Part shown: piece after piece, positions 1 through 10,568 of the stretch
Layout of the letters: every line of letters starts with the position of its first letter
Numbering within the stretch: position 1 is the stretch's first letter
NCBI GenBank assembly: GCA_903825435.1
Contig: CAIKAP010000081.1
Location: 13,118-77,117 of the forward strand
DNA: 64,000 nt
Direction: 5' to 3'
From: an uncultured Verrucomicrobiota bacterium
GTDB lineage: Bacteria; Verrucomicrobiota; Verrucomicrobiia; Palsa-1439
Program-made: the position numbers and the translations under genes
The notes under the pieces: model-generated
What the model was told of the DNA's origin: nothing
Seen by the model: only the letters and a program-made list of their open reading frames with translations
Database searches by the model: none

Positions 1-2625
1 CCGGATGAACTCGCGCCACGCGTCGCGCAGGTCGTACGTCGTGCCGCGCGCCACGATCATGTTGCCGCCGAAGTTGGCGAGCCGCTGCGTCTGCGGCACG
101 AACAGTTCCCACTCCGCGTACGTCGTCTGCATGTCCGTCACCGGTGCCGACAGCGCCAGCTCGCGCGGCCAGAGCGATTTCAGAGAGCCGACCGATTTCT
201 TGTACACGATGTCCACCGCAAACGCCTCGTCGCGGTTGACGCCGCGCGGCAACGGCACCAGCAGTTTGTCGCCGCTGCGCTCCGGTTTCGCCGGCTCGCT
301 GCGGACGTAGCACGACCAGAACTCCGCGCCCGTGGGCAGCGTGAAGCTCTGGAATTGTTTGTCGTTGTTTTTCACGAGGAACGACGCCTGCGTCAGCGTC
401 TGGCCGTCCTCGGTCACCACCGTCGTCAACTGCGTCCGGTCCGCCACCGCCTCCAGCACCGGCAGTTCCTCGAACCGCGTGACCTCGGTGATGACTTCGT
501 ACGCGTCGCCCGTGTACTGGTACGCCAGCAACACCGGCCGTGTGATCAACGCCCGGTCGTGCGCCGCCAGTTCGCCCTCGTCCACGCGGCGAATCGTCGC
601 CGCCGGCGCAGCAGGAACATTTCCGGAACTTGACGCCGGCACGGTCGCTTCGACGCCGGCGCTCTTTTTGCCCTCGGCAATCTGCAAATTCGAGGCGCTG
701 GTGACGGCGATGCTGCCGGTCTCGCGCTCGACACCGGCGCAATGGATGCCGCCGACCGGCAACGCGGCCTTGTGCGGATCGAACTGCATATCGTACGTCA
801 CGACGAGCGTGTAGCCGCCCCACGCTTTCTCCTGGAGACCGATGACCCAGACGTCGCCCTGTTGTTCCTTGCGCCGGATGTTCGGCCCGGTGAAATCAAT
901 GTTCTTCCAGAGCGCCGGTAGCTTGAGGCGAAACTCCTGCACGCCTTGGTTGAGGATGGCGTAGCGAATCGTCGCACTGCCGCCGACAATGCCGTCGCCG
1001 ACGGTGACGAGGTTGAAGATGTCGGCGGTGATCCGCGCGGCGAGCCGCTCGGCGGTCAACGTCAGTTTCCAGTCCGCCTGCTCGGCGTTGTAGGCGAGCA
1101 CCTCGTCGGTGCGGTTCGCCAGCAAATTGATCGGGACTTCGCGCAACCCGGCAAGGCCGTCCGCCGCCGTCTTGATCTGGATGCCCGCTGCCGCCGCCAC
1201 GCCGACTTGCGCCGTCTCCTTCGCCGCGCCGGTCAGGCGCAACGGCAGGATGACCACCTTACGGATGTTGTCCGTGGGAGCGGTTTGTAACCGCGACTTC
1301 TCCGCCTCCCGGTCGCGGATGGAATCCGCTCCCACAGGAGTAAGCGCTTGTTCGAGTTGCACGTCCAGCGTCCGTTTGCCGAGCACCCGGCTCGCAAACG
1401 TCACCGTCAATTTGCCGCCGGAAGATTTCCAGTCCTCGACGCCTTCGCCGCGCACGTCGGCCACGACGAACCCGGTCTGCGGCGCGAGTTCGAGCGCGTA
1501 GATACCGGCTTTCTCGACGCTGAGCGACAGCGCGTGCGTGACCAGCAACCGCGATTCCTCCAGCCGCGTCGTCACCCGGTCCACCACGTTCACCACCGGC
1601 TCAATCCGGCGCAGTTTCAACGCCAGCCCGATGGGCCGCGCGTGGAACTGGTACGCCGCGAGTGCGCCCGCCGCCGCGTTGACTTGGCGCAGGCCGTCTG
1701 CCTTCTCGATCTCGACAAGCACGTCCTCCGCCGACACGGTCAGCGCACCCGCTTCGCGCTCGACTTCGAGCGGTTGCGGCGGCACGACGCCCACCGTCGC
1801 CGCCGCGCTCTCGACCGTCTGCTCCGAGAACAACGTCAGCGCGTAGTTCTTCTCAACAGGACGGACAAACTCGATGACAAGCGTCTGCTCCTTCACCTGC
1901 CAGTCGCGGACGTTCTCGCCTTGCAGCTTCGTGAGCGCCTGGTTCGGCGGCAACGTGACTTGGAGCTGTTTGATGCTTCCCTGGACGACCTCGTACCGCA
2001 ACGCCGTGTTGTACTTCACCACCGTCGGCGTGATCTGGACCGCGACGACGGAGTCGCACGTCAGCAACGCCTTCCGCGCGACCTCGGCGATCTTGCTTTG
2101 CCAGCGGAGCGCGACGGTCTGCTCCGCGCCGAGGAACCCGGCGACGCGCGCCGCGCCGCTGTCCGACACCGTGCCCTTGAGCAACTGCACCTCAACGCCT
2201 TCGCCCGCCGCCTGCGCCTTCACCGACGCGATGGCGGCGACAGGCCCGTTGAACGTGATCTGGTTCCACGGCTCGGCCCGCGTGATCTTGGCGAGCAGGT
2301 CGAGCTTGAGTTTGTGACGGCCTTCCTTGGTGATGACGAGCGTGTACGCCGGGCCTTTGCGCTCCAGCGTCACTCCCTCCGGGAACTTCGAGGTCAACAC
2401 CGCCACGTCGCCGTCGAACAACGGCACCGCGGCCTCGCCCTTGCCCGTGACCTGCACGTCCACCTCGGCGGTGAACCGCGCCTCGGTGTCGGAGAGCTTG
2501 CCGTCGTAACGCACCTCGCGCACCGTCACGTCCGGTTCCGGCGTCGGCAACGGAGGCGCATCATTGGCAAAGAGATTGGCGGCGAACAGAACGGAAGCGA
2601 TCAGACAAGTGAACCGGCGCATGGC
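1..2625 (-). CDS. large secreted hypothetical protein (partial, C-terminus beyond window start)
   Basis: minus-strand ATG at 2623-2625 preceded by GGAGGA; N-terminus MRRFTCLIASVLFAANLFA is signal-peptide-like; minus frame appears open to position 1 while every plus-strand ORF here is an Arg-rich antisense artefact; absent from ORF track because its stop lies outside the window. Confidence 0.55.
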
Positions 2626-2708
2626 GTCCTCCATCGTTAGAGTTATTGTACTCACGCCAGCAGTCTAACATCATACTGAGCCATCTGTTAAGTAAAAGAC
2701 CTGTAAAA

Positions 2709-2731
2709 ATGTTCCGGCTTTGTTCCGGCTG
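2709..2731 (+). repeat. GTTCCGG direct-repeat element (ATGTTCCGGCTTTGTTCCGGCTG)
   Basis: two GTTCCGG heptamers 11 bp apart; member of a 13-copy family in this window; lies in the promoter region of the secreted-protein gene. Confidence 0.8.
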
Positions 2732-2904
2732 CCCTGTCAAAAAATCAGAAGGCCGCGCCAGCGGCGCGATCTCCTTGTGATGATGCTGTTGCCGTCTTAC
2801 GGCACGGTGACCAACGCGGGATCGCTCCAGCCACCGGTATTATGGCTGCCTTTGGCGGCGACACGCATTCAGACACGGCTGACCGGCGGCGCAACGAAGC
2901 CGTG

Positions 2905-3040
2905 TTGCTGGTGAACAACGTCGTTTCGTTCCGGGGAGATGCACTGTTGTCGTTGAACAACGCGCCATTGTCGTCGAACCTACTGGCATTGTCGTTAAAC
3001 AATGCGGCGTTGTTCTCGAACAAAATGACGTTGTTCCATC
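2905..3040. repeat. array of ~6 tandem 21-bp units each containing a TTGT(C/T)(G/C)T-N2-GAACAA inverted-repeat site (iteron/operator-like)
   Basis: TTGTCGTTGAACAA at 2947, TTGTCGTCGAACC at 2968, TTGTCGTTAAACAA at 2989, TTGTTCTCGAACAA at 3010 (perfect 6-2-6 palindrome), degenerate units at 2905, 2926, 3031; spacing exactly 21 bp. Confidence 0.75.
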
Positions 3041-3222
3041 ACTTTTCCGCCTTGATCAACGCTGGAAAGACCGCATTTCAAGCAACTTACACGCTTTTAC
3101 CAGAAAACAGGCTACCGGTGAGATGGTCAAGTGGTCAGCGCCTGCCCGCCGTCCCACCATCCGTTGGTATCCGGGCAAAAAATAGCGGCAAGTCACTTCC
3201 CAGCGAACTCAAATTAAGCGTG

Positions 3223-6039
3223 CTAGAGCTGCCGCGATTTCCGTTTTGGTCGAGCCGCCGCGACGAGCGGGGCGGTGATCTTTTCGTAGAGGGCGAACAG
3301 GTATTCGACGCGGTGGCGGTCGCTCGCGAATGGTTCGGGCCGGTAACAGCGATCCACGGCGCGGTCGAGGGCTTGATGCGCTTTCAACAGCGGCGCGGGC
3401 ATCGTCAACGGATCGTAGAGATCGGCCAGCGTCGCGGTCGGATACTGCGCCCGCGCGTCCAACACCGCCTGCGCCGCCGCGGCCACCGCCGCCCGCTGCT
3501 TCTCCGTCACCGCCCCCGGCCACGAATACGTGTTGTAAACCATGCTGCCAGAATACCGGTAATCTGACTTCAACCGACCGCCGACTTGCCTTACCCACGC
3601 CATGTGCATTGCCGACGTGAGCACGCCGAAAAGGTAAAGGCTGTCTGATGGCACGAGGAAATTCGTGTTTGCCGAAATCACAGTCGGTGACATGAAGCCG
3701 ATGGGAATGTAGTTGCGACGCTCGGAAGAAACTTCCGGAATGAGGATGTATTTGGTTGCCGGCTGCGAGATATAAAAGAACAGCGTTGGTGTCTGCGCGG
3801 CTTTGCGCGTGGGTGCAGCGGTGCTTTTCGCGCGGAACTCTTTCACAGCTTGCACGCGCTTCATGACTTCAGGCAAGTCGCGAAACTCTGACGGGCTGGC
3901 GTCCTTGAGCCAGAGACACCAGCGCATGTTGCCGTTGATGAATTCTTCGGAGCCGGTAAAGCGTTTGAGAAATTTCACGGCTCCCGGCTCGACGGCGAGG
4001 AGTTCCTTCTTCTCGGCGTCAGTGAGGATGAAGTTACCGCCGTCAGACGGCTTGTTACCGCAACGCATCTCAGGCACGTCCGCAAGTGGTGTGGTGCGCT
4101 TGGTGACGAAGCTATCGGAGCCGGGAGTCAGATACGGGCTGATGTTGGCGGCTTCGCTGACGACCGGATGCTCATCGTCGGTGTCGTAGTCGTAGATGCG
4201 CTTGTTGCCGGTGTCGAATGCGCCGAAGCCGATGATAACGACGTGAACGTGTGCCTTGCCGCGCGCTTCGCTTTCCCAAGCGAAGGTGCGGTGCGCGAAG
4301 TGAATCTTCACCCGGTAACGGCCAAAGAGTAGCCCCCAAACGATTGGGACTTGCTCGCCTTGCGTGATGGAGTTGGTGGCGACCAAGCCGACGCGGATCT
4401 GCGTGCCCTGAATATATTCGGCGGCCCGGTAGAACCACGAGACGACGTAATCCATGTCGCCGGTATTCTTGAAGTCACGGAAAACGATAGCCATGTCAGC
4501 ATGTTGGTCGGCATTTTGGTAATGCTTTCCAACGAACGGCGGATTGCCGAGGACGAAGGAGCATTGATCGGGCGGCAGGACGGTGCGCCAGTCGGTGCGA
4601 AGCGCGTTGCCGACTTGGATTGTCGGCTTGGCGCGGAGCGGCAGGCGTTGGTACATCTGACCGAAGGCTTGCGAGAGCGCGACGTTGGCTTGGTGGTCGG
4701 TGAGCCAGAGCGCAACCTCGGCGATGCGTGCCGGGAATTCCTCGACTTCGATGCCGTAGAACTGGTGAACGTTCAACTTGGAAAGCTGGTTCACGGCGTC
4801 GAGGGACATCTCGTGTTGCGCGCCGTGGAGTTCGAGGAGGACTTCGAGTTCGAGTTTGCGGAGTTCGCGGTAGGTGAGGACGAGGAAGTTGCCGCAGCCG
4901 CAGGCGGGATCGAGGAAGCGGAGTTTGCTGAGCTTGTCGTGAAACTCCTGGAGGCGCGCGGTGCGGCGGGTGGACCGGTCGGCTTTGATGGTCTCGAACT
5001 CGGCGCGGAGGTCGTCGAGGAACAGGGAGCGGATGAGTTTGAGGATGTTCTTCTCGGCGGTGTAGTGCGCGCCGATCTGGCGGCGGGCCTTGCTGTCCAT
5101 GACGGCTTGGAACAGCGAGCCGAAGACGGCGGGGGAGATGGTTTCCCAGCGGAAGGCGCAGCAGGCGAGGAGGCCGTTGCGCATGTCGGCGTTGAACTCG
5201 GCGAATTCGAGGTGCTCGGCAAAGAGGTCGCCGTTGACGTAGGGGAACTGGCTGAGTTCCTCGTCGAGTTTCTTCTGGCGTTGTGGGGTGTCGGTGTTGA
5301 GGACGCGGAAGAGTTGTTCGAGGCGGACACCGAGATCGGAGCCGTCCTCGGCAGTGCGGTCGCGGATGAAGAGTTCGAAGGCTTTCTGGGGGAAGATGCC
5401 GTTGTCCTCTGCGAAAAGACAGAAAAGGATGCGGACGAGGAAGCGTTTGAGTTCGTGGCCGGTATAGCCGCCCGTTTCCAACGCGTCGTGCAAGTCGCAC
5501 ATGAGTTGCGTGGCGACGAGGTTGGCGGGGTCTTCGGGATTGAGCCGGTGATGGGTATAGCCGGCGATAAAAGCGAAGTGGCGGACGTGCTTGTGGAGTT
5601 CCGTCAGTGGAAATTCGATGGTGGGCGGGAGGCGCTGGAACAAAGGTGCGTCAGGGTCTTGCTCCGGCTCCAGATCGTGAATAGCGATGCGGGCGAAGTC
5701 GGAGACAATCAGCCAGCGGGGAATCTCGCGGTCACGGCCGGTATCCTTGAGACCGCGGATGTAGGCCATGCCTTGCGCGTGGGCCTTGCCGAGTTCTGCC
5801 CCAGCGGACTTGTGCTCGACGAGCAATCGCCCCGGCCAAAACAGGTCAATGAATCCCCAATCGCCGGAGAGTTTCTTGACCGGCTCCTCGAACGTGGCAA
5901 CGGTGCGGCGGCGGACGCCAAAGACGTTGAAGAACTCATTCCAGAAGGTTTGGCGCTCGGCGGCTTCACGCGTTTCGCCTTTCCAGTCTTTGCTAAAGGC
6001 GATGGCGCGGTGGCGAATCTCATTCCATGACAGCGGCAT
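3223..6039 (-). CDS. MmeI-family Type IIL restriction-modification enzyme (N-terminal PD-(D/E)XK nuclease + gamma-class N6-adenine methyltransferase + TRD in one chain)
   Basis: 938 aa; N-terminus MPLSWNEIRHRAIAFSKDWKG and FIDLFWPGRLLVEHKS (D-X9-EXK) align with MmeI; motif I LDPACGCGNFL; motif IV NPPF; GAHYT motif X. Confidence 0.85.
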   Translation of the reverse strand: MPLSWNEIRHRAIAFSKDWKGETREAAERQTFWNEFFNVFGVRRRTVATFEEPVKKLSGDWGFIDLFWPGRLLVEHKSAGAELGKAHAQGMAYIRGLKDTGRDREIPRWLIVSDFARIAIHDLEPEQDPDAPLFQRLPPTIEFPLTELHKHVRHFAFIAGYTHHRLNPEDPANLVATQLMCDLHDALETGGYTGHELKRFLVRILFCLFAEDNGIFPQKAFELFIRDRTAEDGSDLGVRLEQLFRVLNTDTPQRQKKLDEELSQFPYVNGDLFAEHLEFAEFNADMRNGLLACCAFRWETISPAVFGSLFQAVMDSKARRQIGAHYTAEKNILKLIRSLFLDDLRAEFETIKADRSTRRTARLQEFHDKLSKLRFLDPACGCGNFLVLTYRELRKLELEVLLELHGAQHEMSLDAVNQLSKLNVHQFYGIEVEEFPARIAEVALWLTDHQANVALSQAFGQMYQRLPLRAKPTIQVGNALRTDWRTVLPPDQCSFVLGNPPFVGKHYQNADQHADMAIVFRDFKNTGDMDYVVSWFYRAAEYIQGTQIRVGLVATNSITQGEQVPIVWGLLFGRYRVKIHFAHRTFAWESEARGKAHVHVVIIGFGAFDTGNKRIYDYDTDDEHPVVSEAANISPYLTPGSDSFVTKRTTPLADVPEMRCGNKPSDGGNFILTDAEKKELLAVEPGAVKFLKRFTGSEEFINGNMRWCLWLKDASPSEFRDLPEVMKRVQAVKEFRAKSTAAPTRKAAQTPTLFFYISQPATKYILIPEVSSERRNYIPIGFMSPTVISANTNFLVPSDSLYLFGVLTSAMHMAWVRQVGGRLKSDYRYSGSMVYNTYSWPGAVTEKQRAAVAAAAQAVLDARAQYPTATLADLYDPLTMPAPLLKAHQALDRAVDRCYRPEPFASDRHRVEYLFALYEKITAPLVAAARPKRKSRQL

Positions 6040-6246
6040 GGCGACGGAGTGTAGTCGGTAGGAAAGAGCAGGACAAGCACGATGCTTATCCGACGCGGAC
6101 GCCTCAGCGAGGCGTTCCTACCAACAACCAGAATCGCAGTTCCGGCAATAGGCCCGATTGACGTTGACGGCGCAATCAGGCCGTGATGAACGCTGCCGAT
6201 CTGGTATTACGGTGAATAATTGGCTTCAAGAAATGTCCAAAAGCAA

Positions 6247-8115
6247 ATGAAGAAGATGAATTACTTGATACTCATCAGTATTGCTTTGACCGCGCTAGCG
6301 AATGCCGCGGAAAACGTCACCCCAAAAGTCGCCGACGCGCTCGTGTCGCCACGGCCGGGTAGCGTGACGTTTACCGGCTGGTTGGGCGAAAATCTGGAGA
6401 CTTGCAGACAGGGGCGAATCTTCGGCCAAAGCGTGCCCGACTTGGTTAGGCCGTTTGCGGTGCGCGAGGAGGACAAGATGTGGCGTTGCGAGTTTTGGGG
6501 CAAATGGTTCACCTCGGCCGCGCTTGCCTATCGGTACCAGGCCGATCCAAAACTGCATGCCATTCTTGATGAAGCCGTCACAGGCCTGCTAGCCACGCAA
6601 ACGTCCGACGGTGGAATCACGACCTACAAACCGGCTGCGGAGTTTTCCAACTGGGACACCTGGGGCCGCAAATACAGTTTGCTCGGCCTGTTGGCGTACT
6701 ATGACCTGACTGGTGATGCCAAAACACTCGACGCCGCATGCCGGCACGCTGACCGTGTCCTCAAACAATTCGGACCAGACAAGGCCGACATTGCTGCCAA
6801 TGGTTGGTGGACCGGCATGGCCGCCAGCAGCATCCTCGAACCGATGGTGTTGCTCTACCGCCGCACCGGTGACGAGCGGTACCTGCGTTTTGCCGAGTAC
6901 ATCGTCCAGTCGTGGGAAGGCCCGAAAGGCCCCGACCTCGTCCGTAAGGCGCTTGCCGGTACGGCGGTCTTCAAGATGTTTCCCGGCCCCGATCCGAAAC
7001 AGAAAGGTTACATGGGCGGCGGTTCCTCAAAAGCCTACGAAATGATGTCCTGCTACGAGGGCTTGGTTGAACTCCATCGCGTCACCGGCGAACCGAAGTA
7101 CCTAGAAGCAGCTCAGAAAGTCTTTGCCAGTATTCGCGACACCGAGATCACATTTATTGGTTCCGGTTCGAATTGGGAACGTTGGTGCAACGGCCGCGCG
7201 CGCCAAATCGAACCGTTACCGGAATGGATGGAAACATGCGTCACGGTGACGTGGATTAAGTTAGCCGCGCAGCTCCTGTGCGCGACCGGCGACCCGCGTT
7301 ACGCCGACGAAATAGAACGGAGCGTTTACAACGCGCTGTTGGGCGCACAGAAAGACGACGGCACGTGGTGGTGTCATTACAACCCACTCGAAGGCCGGCG
7401 CAGGGCTGCACCCGAGCATTGCAAGATGCATCAGAATTGTTGCGTCGCCAACGGCCCGCGCGGCCTGATGTTATTGCCGACGCTGGCTGTGATGACCAGC
7501 AAGGATGGCCCCGTCGTAAATCTCTATGAGCCATGCAAGACGACACTCCTCGACATTGACAGCGATTACCCGCGCGACAACGTCGTGGACATCACCATCC
7601 ACCCGCCATCACCACAACACTTCACGCTGAGTCTGCGAATCCCCGCGTGGAGCCGTGCGACCAAACTGGAGGTCAACGGCAAGCCAGTGGCAAACGTTCA
7701 GCCCGGCGCCTACGTGCGGCTGTCGCGCACATGGAAGCAGGGCGACAAAGTCCGGCTCACGCTCGATTTCACGGTTCATTGCGAGAAAGACCCCGGCGGC
7801 TCCGGCCGCGTGGCGATCACGCGCGGTCCGGTGGTGTTCGCGCTCGACAAGAGGATCGCGAACCCGTCGACAGGCGAAGGCGTGGTAATGGCTGCCGCAG
7901 ACGGCAGCGTGAAAGCTGTCGCTGTCAAAACTGACGGCGTGCGGATAACGCTGGACGTGCCGTTCGATACAGGAGGCAAAAATTCGCTGCTGCGGTTTTG
8001 CGACTATGCCTCTGCCGGGCACACGTGGGCAGAAGACTCCATGCTGCGGGTTTGGCTGCCGCAGCCGCTGAACCTAGCGGACCCGTTTGCCGGTATCGCG
8101 CCGAAAAAGAAATGA
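6247..8115 (+). CDS. glycoside hydrolase family 127 (beta-L-arabinofuranosidase-like, DUF1680) with signal peptide
   Basis: signal peptide MKKMNYLILISIALTALANA; GH127-type Cys cluster HCKMHQNCCVANGPRG; length ~620 aa; start chosen at internal ATG 6247 (ORF opens at 6220). Confidence 0.65.
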   Translation: MKKMNYLILISIALTALANAAENVTPKVADALVSPRPGSVTFTGWLGENLETCRQGRIFGQSVPDLVRPFAVREEDKMWRCEFWGKWFTSAALAYRYQADPKLHAILDEAVTGLLATQTSDGGITTYKPAAEFSNWDTWGRKYSLLGLLAYYDLTGDAKTLDAACRHADRVLKQFGPDKADIAANGWWTGMAASSILEPMVLLYRRTGDERYLRFAEYIVQSWEGPKGPDLVRKALAGTAVFKMFPGPDPKQKGYMGGGSSKAYEMMSCYEGLVELHRVTGEPKYLEAAQKVFASIRDTEITFIGSGSNWERWCNGRARQIEPLPEWMETCVTVTWIKLAAQLLCATGDPRYADEIERSVYNALLGAQKDDGTWWCHYNPLEGRRRAAPEHCKMHQNCCVANGPRGLMLLPTLAVMTSKDGPVVNLYEPCKTTLLDIDSDYPRDNVVDITIHPPSPQHFTLSLRIPAWSRATKLEVNGKPVANVQPGAYVRLSRTWKQGDKVRLTLDFTVHCEKDPGGSGRVAITRGPVVFALDKRIANPSTGEGVVMAAADGSVKAVAVKTDGVRITLDVPFDTGGKNSLLRFCDYASAGHTWAEDSMLRVWLPQPLNLADPFAGIAPKKK

Positions 8116-8267
8116 AACGCGCGAGCTAGTGGGTAGCTCAAGACCGACAACCTCGAAACAGTTCTGCTCGCGATAAAAACCGCGCGTACTGAGCGTTTCG
8201 GTACATTGGAGTCAGCCGTTTGAATCAAGCTTGCTGTTGGTTTGTCTTGGCGGTAGAAAAAAGTATC

Positions 8268-9797
8268 ATGAAACCGCTTCTTGCCTTTATCGCTCTTGCC
8301 GCCACGCTGGCCGGCGCCGCGCCGCGTCCAAACATCCTGTACATCATGTCCGACGACCACGCTGCGCAGGCAATCAGCGCCTATGGCAGTCCCATCAACC
8401 AGACGCCGAACCTCGACCGTATTGCCCGTGAAGGGATGCGGTTTGACCGCGTGTTCTGTGTGAACTCGATCTGCACGCCGAGCCGCGCGACGATCCTCAC
8501 GGGTAAGTACAGCCATATGAACGGCGTGCCGGTCTTCAACCGGTTCGACGGCTCTCAGCCGACCGTCGCGAAATATCTTCAAGCCGCCGACTACCACACA
8601 GGTATGATCGGTAAATGGCACCTCGGTAGCGACCCGACCGGGTTTGATTACTGGACAGTCCTGCCCGGCCAAGGCGTCTATCACGACCCGTCGTTCCTCG
8701 AACCGACCGGCCGTCGCGTCATCCAAGGTTACGCCACCGACATCATCACCGACCTCGCACTTGATTTTCTCAAGAACCGGCCGAAGGACAAACCGTTTTT
8801 CCTGATGTGCCACCACAAAGCACCGCACCGTTCGTGGGAACCCGATGCGAAACATAAGGCGATGTTTGCCGGTAAGCAGATTCCCGAACCGACGACACTC
8901 TGGGACGATTACGCGACACGCACCGACGCCATCCGCGAGTGTCGGCAGAAAGTGTTCTACGACCTGACCCGGTACGACTTAAAACTCGAACCGCCAACCA
9001 ACTTGAAGGGACCGGAGCGCAACAAATGGCTCAGCGTCAAACCGACCGAAGTCGAAATCGAAGTCAACGGTCAAAAGAAGACGCTCACCGGCAACGAGTT
9101 GAAGAAGTGGAAATACCAGCGTTACCTGCAAGACTACCTCGCCTGCGTCCAGTCCATCGACGACAACGTCGGCCGGTTGCTCGACTACCTCGACCAAGCC
9201 GGTCTGCGCGAGAACACCATCGTCATCTACACCAGCGATCAAGGCTTCTTCCTCGGTGAACACGGCTTGTACGACAAACGTTTCATGTATGAAGAATCGA
9301 TTCACATGCCATTCCTCATCCGCTGGCCCGGCGTCACCAAGCCCGGCACCGTGCAACCCGCGATGGCGATCAACCCCGACTTCGCGCCCACATTCATGGA
9401 CATCGCCGGGCTGGCCGTGCCCGCCGACATGCAAGGCCGCAGCCTCGTCCCGCTGCTCAAAGGCGAGCGCCCCGCCGACTGGCGCACGAGTTGGTACTAC
9501 CGCTACTACCACGATCCCGGCAACCACAACACGCGTGCCCATTACGGCGTCCGCACAGAAACGCACAAACTGATCTACTTTTGGAAGCAAGATCAATGGG
9601 AGCTTTATGACCTCGTCGCTGACCCGTATGAACTCCACAACATCTATGACGATATTGCCGCCGCCGATACCGTGGCAAAACTGAAAACGGAGATGTATCG
9701 GTTGAAGAAAGAGTTGAGAGACGACGACCAGTTTGCCAATAAACAGCCGACGGATAACGTGGATAGCCAGCCGGTCAAGTATAAGAAAGCGCCATGA
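8268..9797 (+). CDS. sulfatase (formylglycine-dependent)
   Basis: signal peptide MKPLLAFIALAATLAGA; SDDHAAQAISAYG and the C-T-P-S-R-A sulfatase signature (CTPSRATILTGKY). Confidence 0.85.
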   Translation: MKPLLAFIALAATLAGAAPRPNILYIMSDDHAAQAISAYGSPINQTPNLDRIAREGMRFDRVFCVNSICTPSRATILTGKYSHMNGVPVFNRFDGSQPTVAKYLQAADYHTGMIGKWHLGSDPTGFDYWTVLPGQGVYHDPSFLEPTGRRVIQGYATDIITDLALDFLKNRPKDKPFFLMCHHKAPHRSWEPDAKHKAMFAGKQIPEPTTLWDDYATRTDAIRECRQKVFYDLTRYDLKLEPPTNLKGPERNKWLSVKPTEVEIEVNGQKKTLTGNELKKWKYQRYLQDYLACVQSIDDNVGRLLDYLDQAGLRENTIVIYTSDQGFFLGEHGLYDKRFMYEESIHMPFLIRWPGVTKPGTVQPAMAINPDFAPTFMDIAGLAVPADMQGRSLVPLLKGERPADWRTSWYYRYYHDPGNHNTRAHYGVRTETHKLIYFWKQDQWELYDLVADPYELHNIYDDIAAADTVAKLKTEMYRLKKELRDDDQFANKQPTDNVDSQPVKYKKAP

Positions 9798-9798
9798 G

Positions 9799-10524
9799 AT
9801 GAGATGGGCGACCACAACGTCACCCCGGCGGCGAATCGTTTTGGCCATCATTAAAACGATTACGCTGACCGCTTTACTGTTGTTGATGCTGAGTACAGAG
9901 GCGTTGCCTGCGGAGGACATTCGCAAGACCATTGGGAATCTCGGTCGCGAACAGTTTGCCGTGCGTGAGGAGGCACAGCAACGCCTGGTAAAACTCGCCG
10001 AGTCGGACCACAAAGCCGTGCTCGCCGCGTGTGTACTGATCTACCGGCAGACGCAAGACCCGGAGGTGAAGACGCGACTCAAGGACGTGATGGAGACGGT
10101 GGTGGACCGGTATCTATTCTGCGTGCCGCGCGGTTATCTCGGCGTTCGATTGAACTGTGTGAACATCAAAGGCGGCCAGCCTGTCGTGCAGGGAACGACC
10201 GCGCCGCCGGGCGCTGCATGGGTGTCGCAAGTAATGGACAACACCGGCGCTCAGAAAGCCTGGGTGCAAGCGAACGATTTTATCATTGGCGTGGAAGGTA
10301 GCCGCTGGGAGTCGGGTCCTGACGGCTTCATCGAGTACGTCCAGTCCAAACGTCCCGGCGATCACCTGAAGCTTTCCTTATTGCGAGGTACGGCTACGAA
10401 CGCTGCCGACGCTGTGCTCGGCGAGCTTCCGCAGACCGAAGCGGAACGCGTCTACACGAAGGAGCGCAGCAAAGAGTTCTTCAATCGCTGGCTGAACGAA
10501 CAAACCGAAAAGCAAAGTCAGTAA
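9799..10524 (+). CDS. secreted PDZ-domain hypothetical protein
   Basis: ATG overlapping sulfatase stop; hydrophobic N-terminus; PDZ-like core GYLGVRLNCV...GAAWVSQVMDNTGAQKAWVQANDFIIGVEG. Confidence 0.5.
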   Translation: MRWATTTSPRRRIVLAIIKTITLTALLLLMLSTEALPAEDIRKTIGNLGREQFAVREEAQQRLVKLAESDHKAVLAACVLIYRQTQDPEVKTRLKDVMETVVDRYLFCVPRGYLGVRLNCVNIKGGQPVVQGTTAPPGAAWVSQVMDNTGAQKAWVQANDFIIGVEGSRWESGPDGFIEYVQSKRPGDHLKLSLLRGTATNAADAVLGELPQTEAERVYTKERSKEFFNRWLNEQTEKQSQ

Positions 10525-10568
10525 TGCAAACTTCCCTTCGGCACTTTGTTTTTGATAACATGGCCGCC

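Noticed and set aside
1348-2640. 430-aa plus-strand ORF, with overlapping plus ORFs at 332-814, 946-1290, 1538-1846 and 1874-2317
   Set aside because: Arg/His/Asp-rich low-complexity translations typical of the antisense strand of a high-GC gene. The minus strand carries a continuous, signal-peptide-bearing gene starting at 2625.
4351-6030. 559-aa plus-strand ORF inside the MmeI-family gene, with 4496-5500 and 4791-5330 minus-frame ORFs
   Set aside because: Antisense or off-frame Gly/Glu/Val- or Pro/Arg-rich artefacts. The 938-aa minus-strand product aligns end to end with MmeI.
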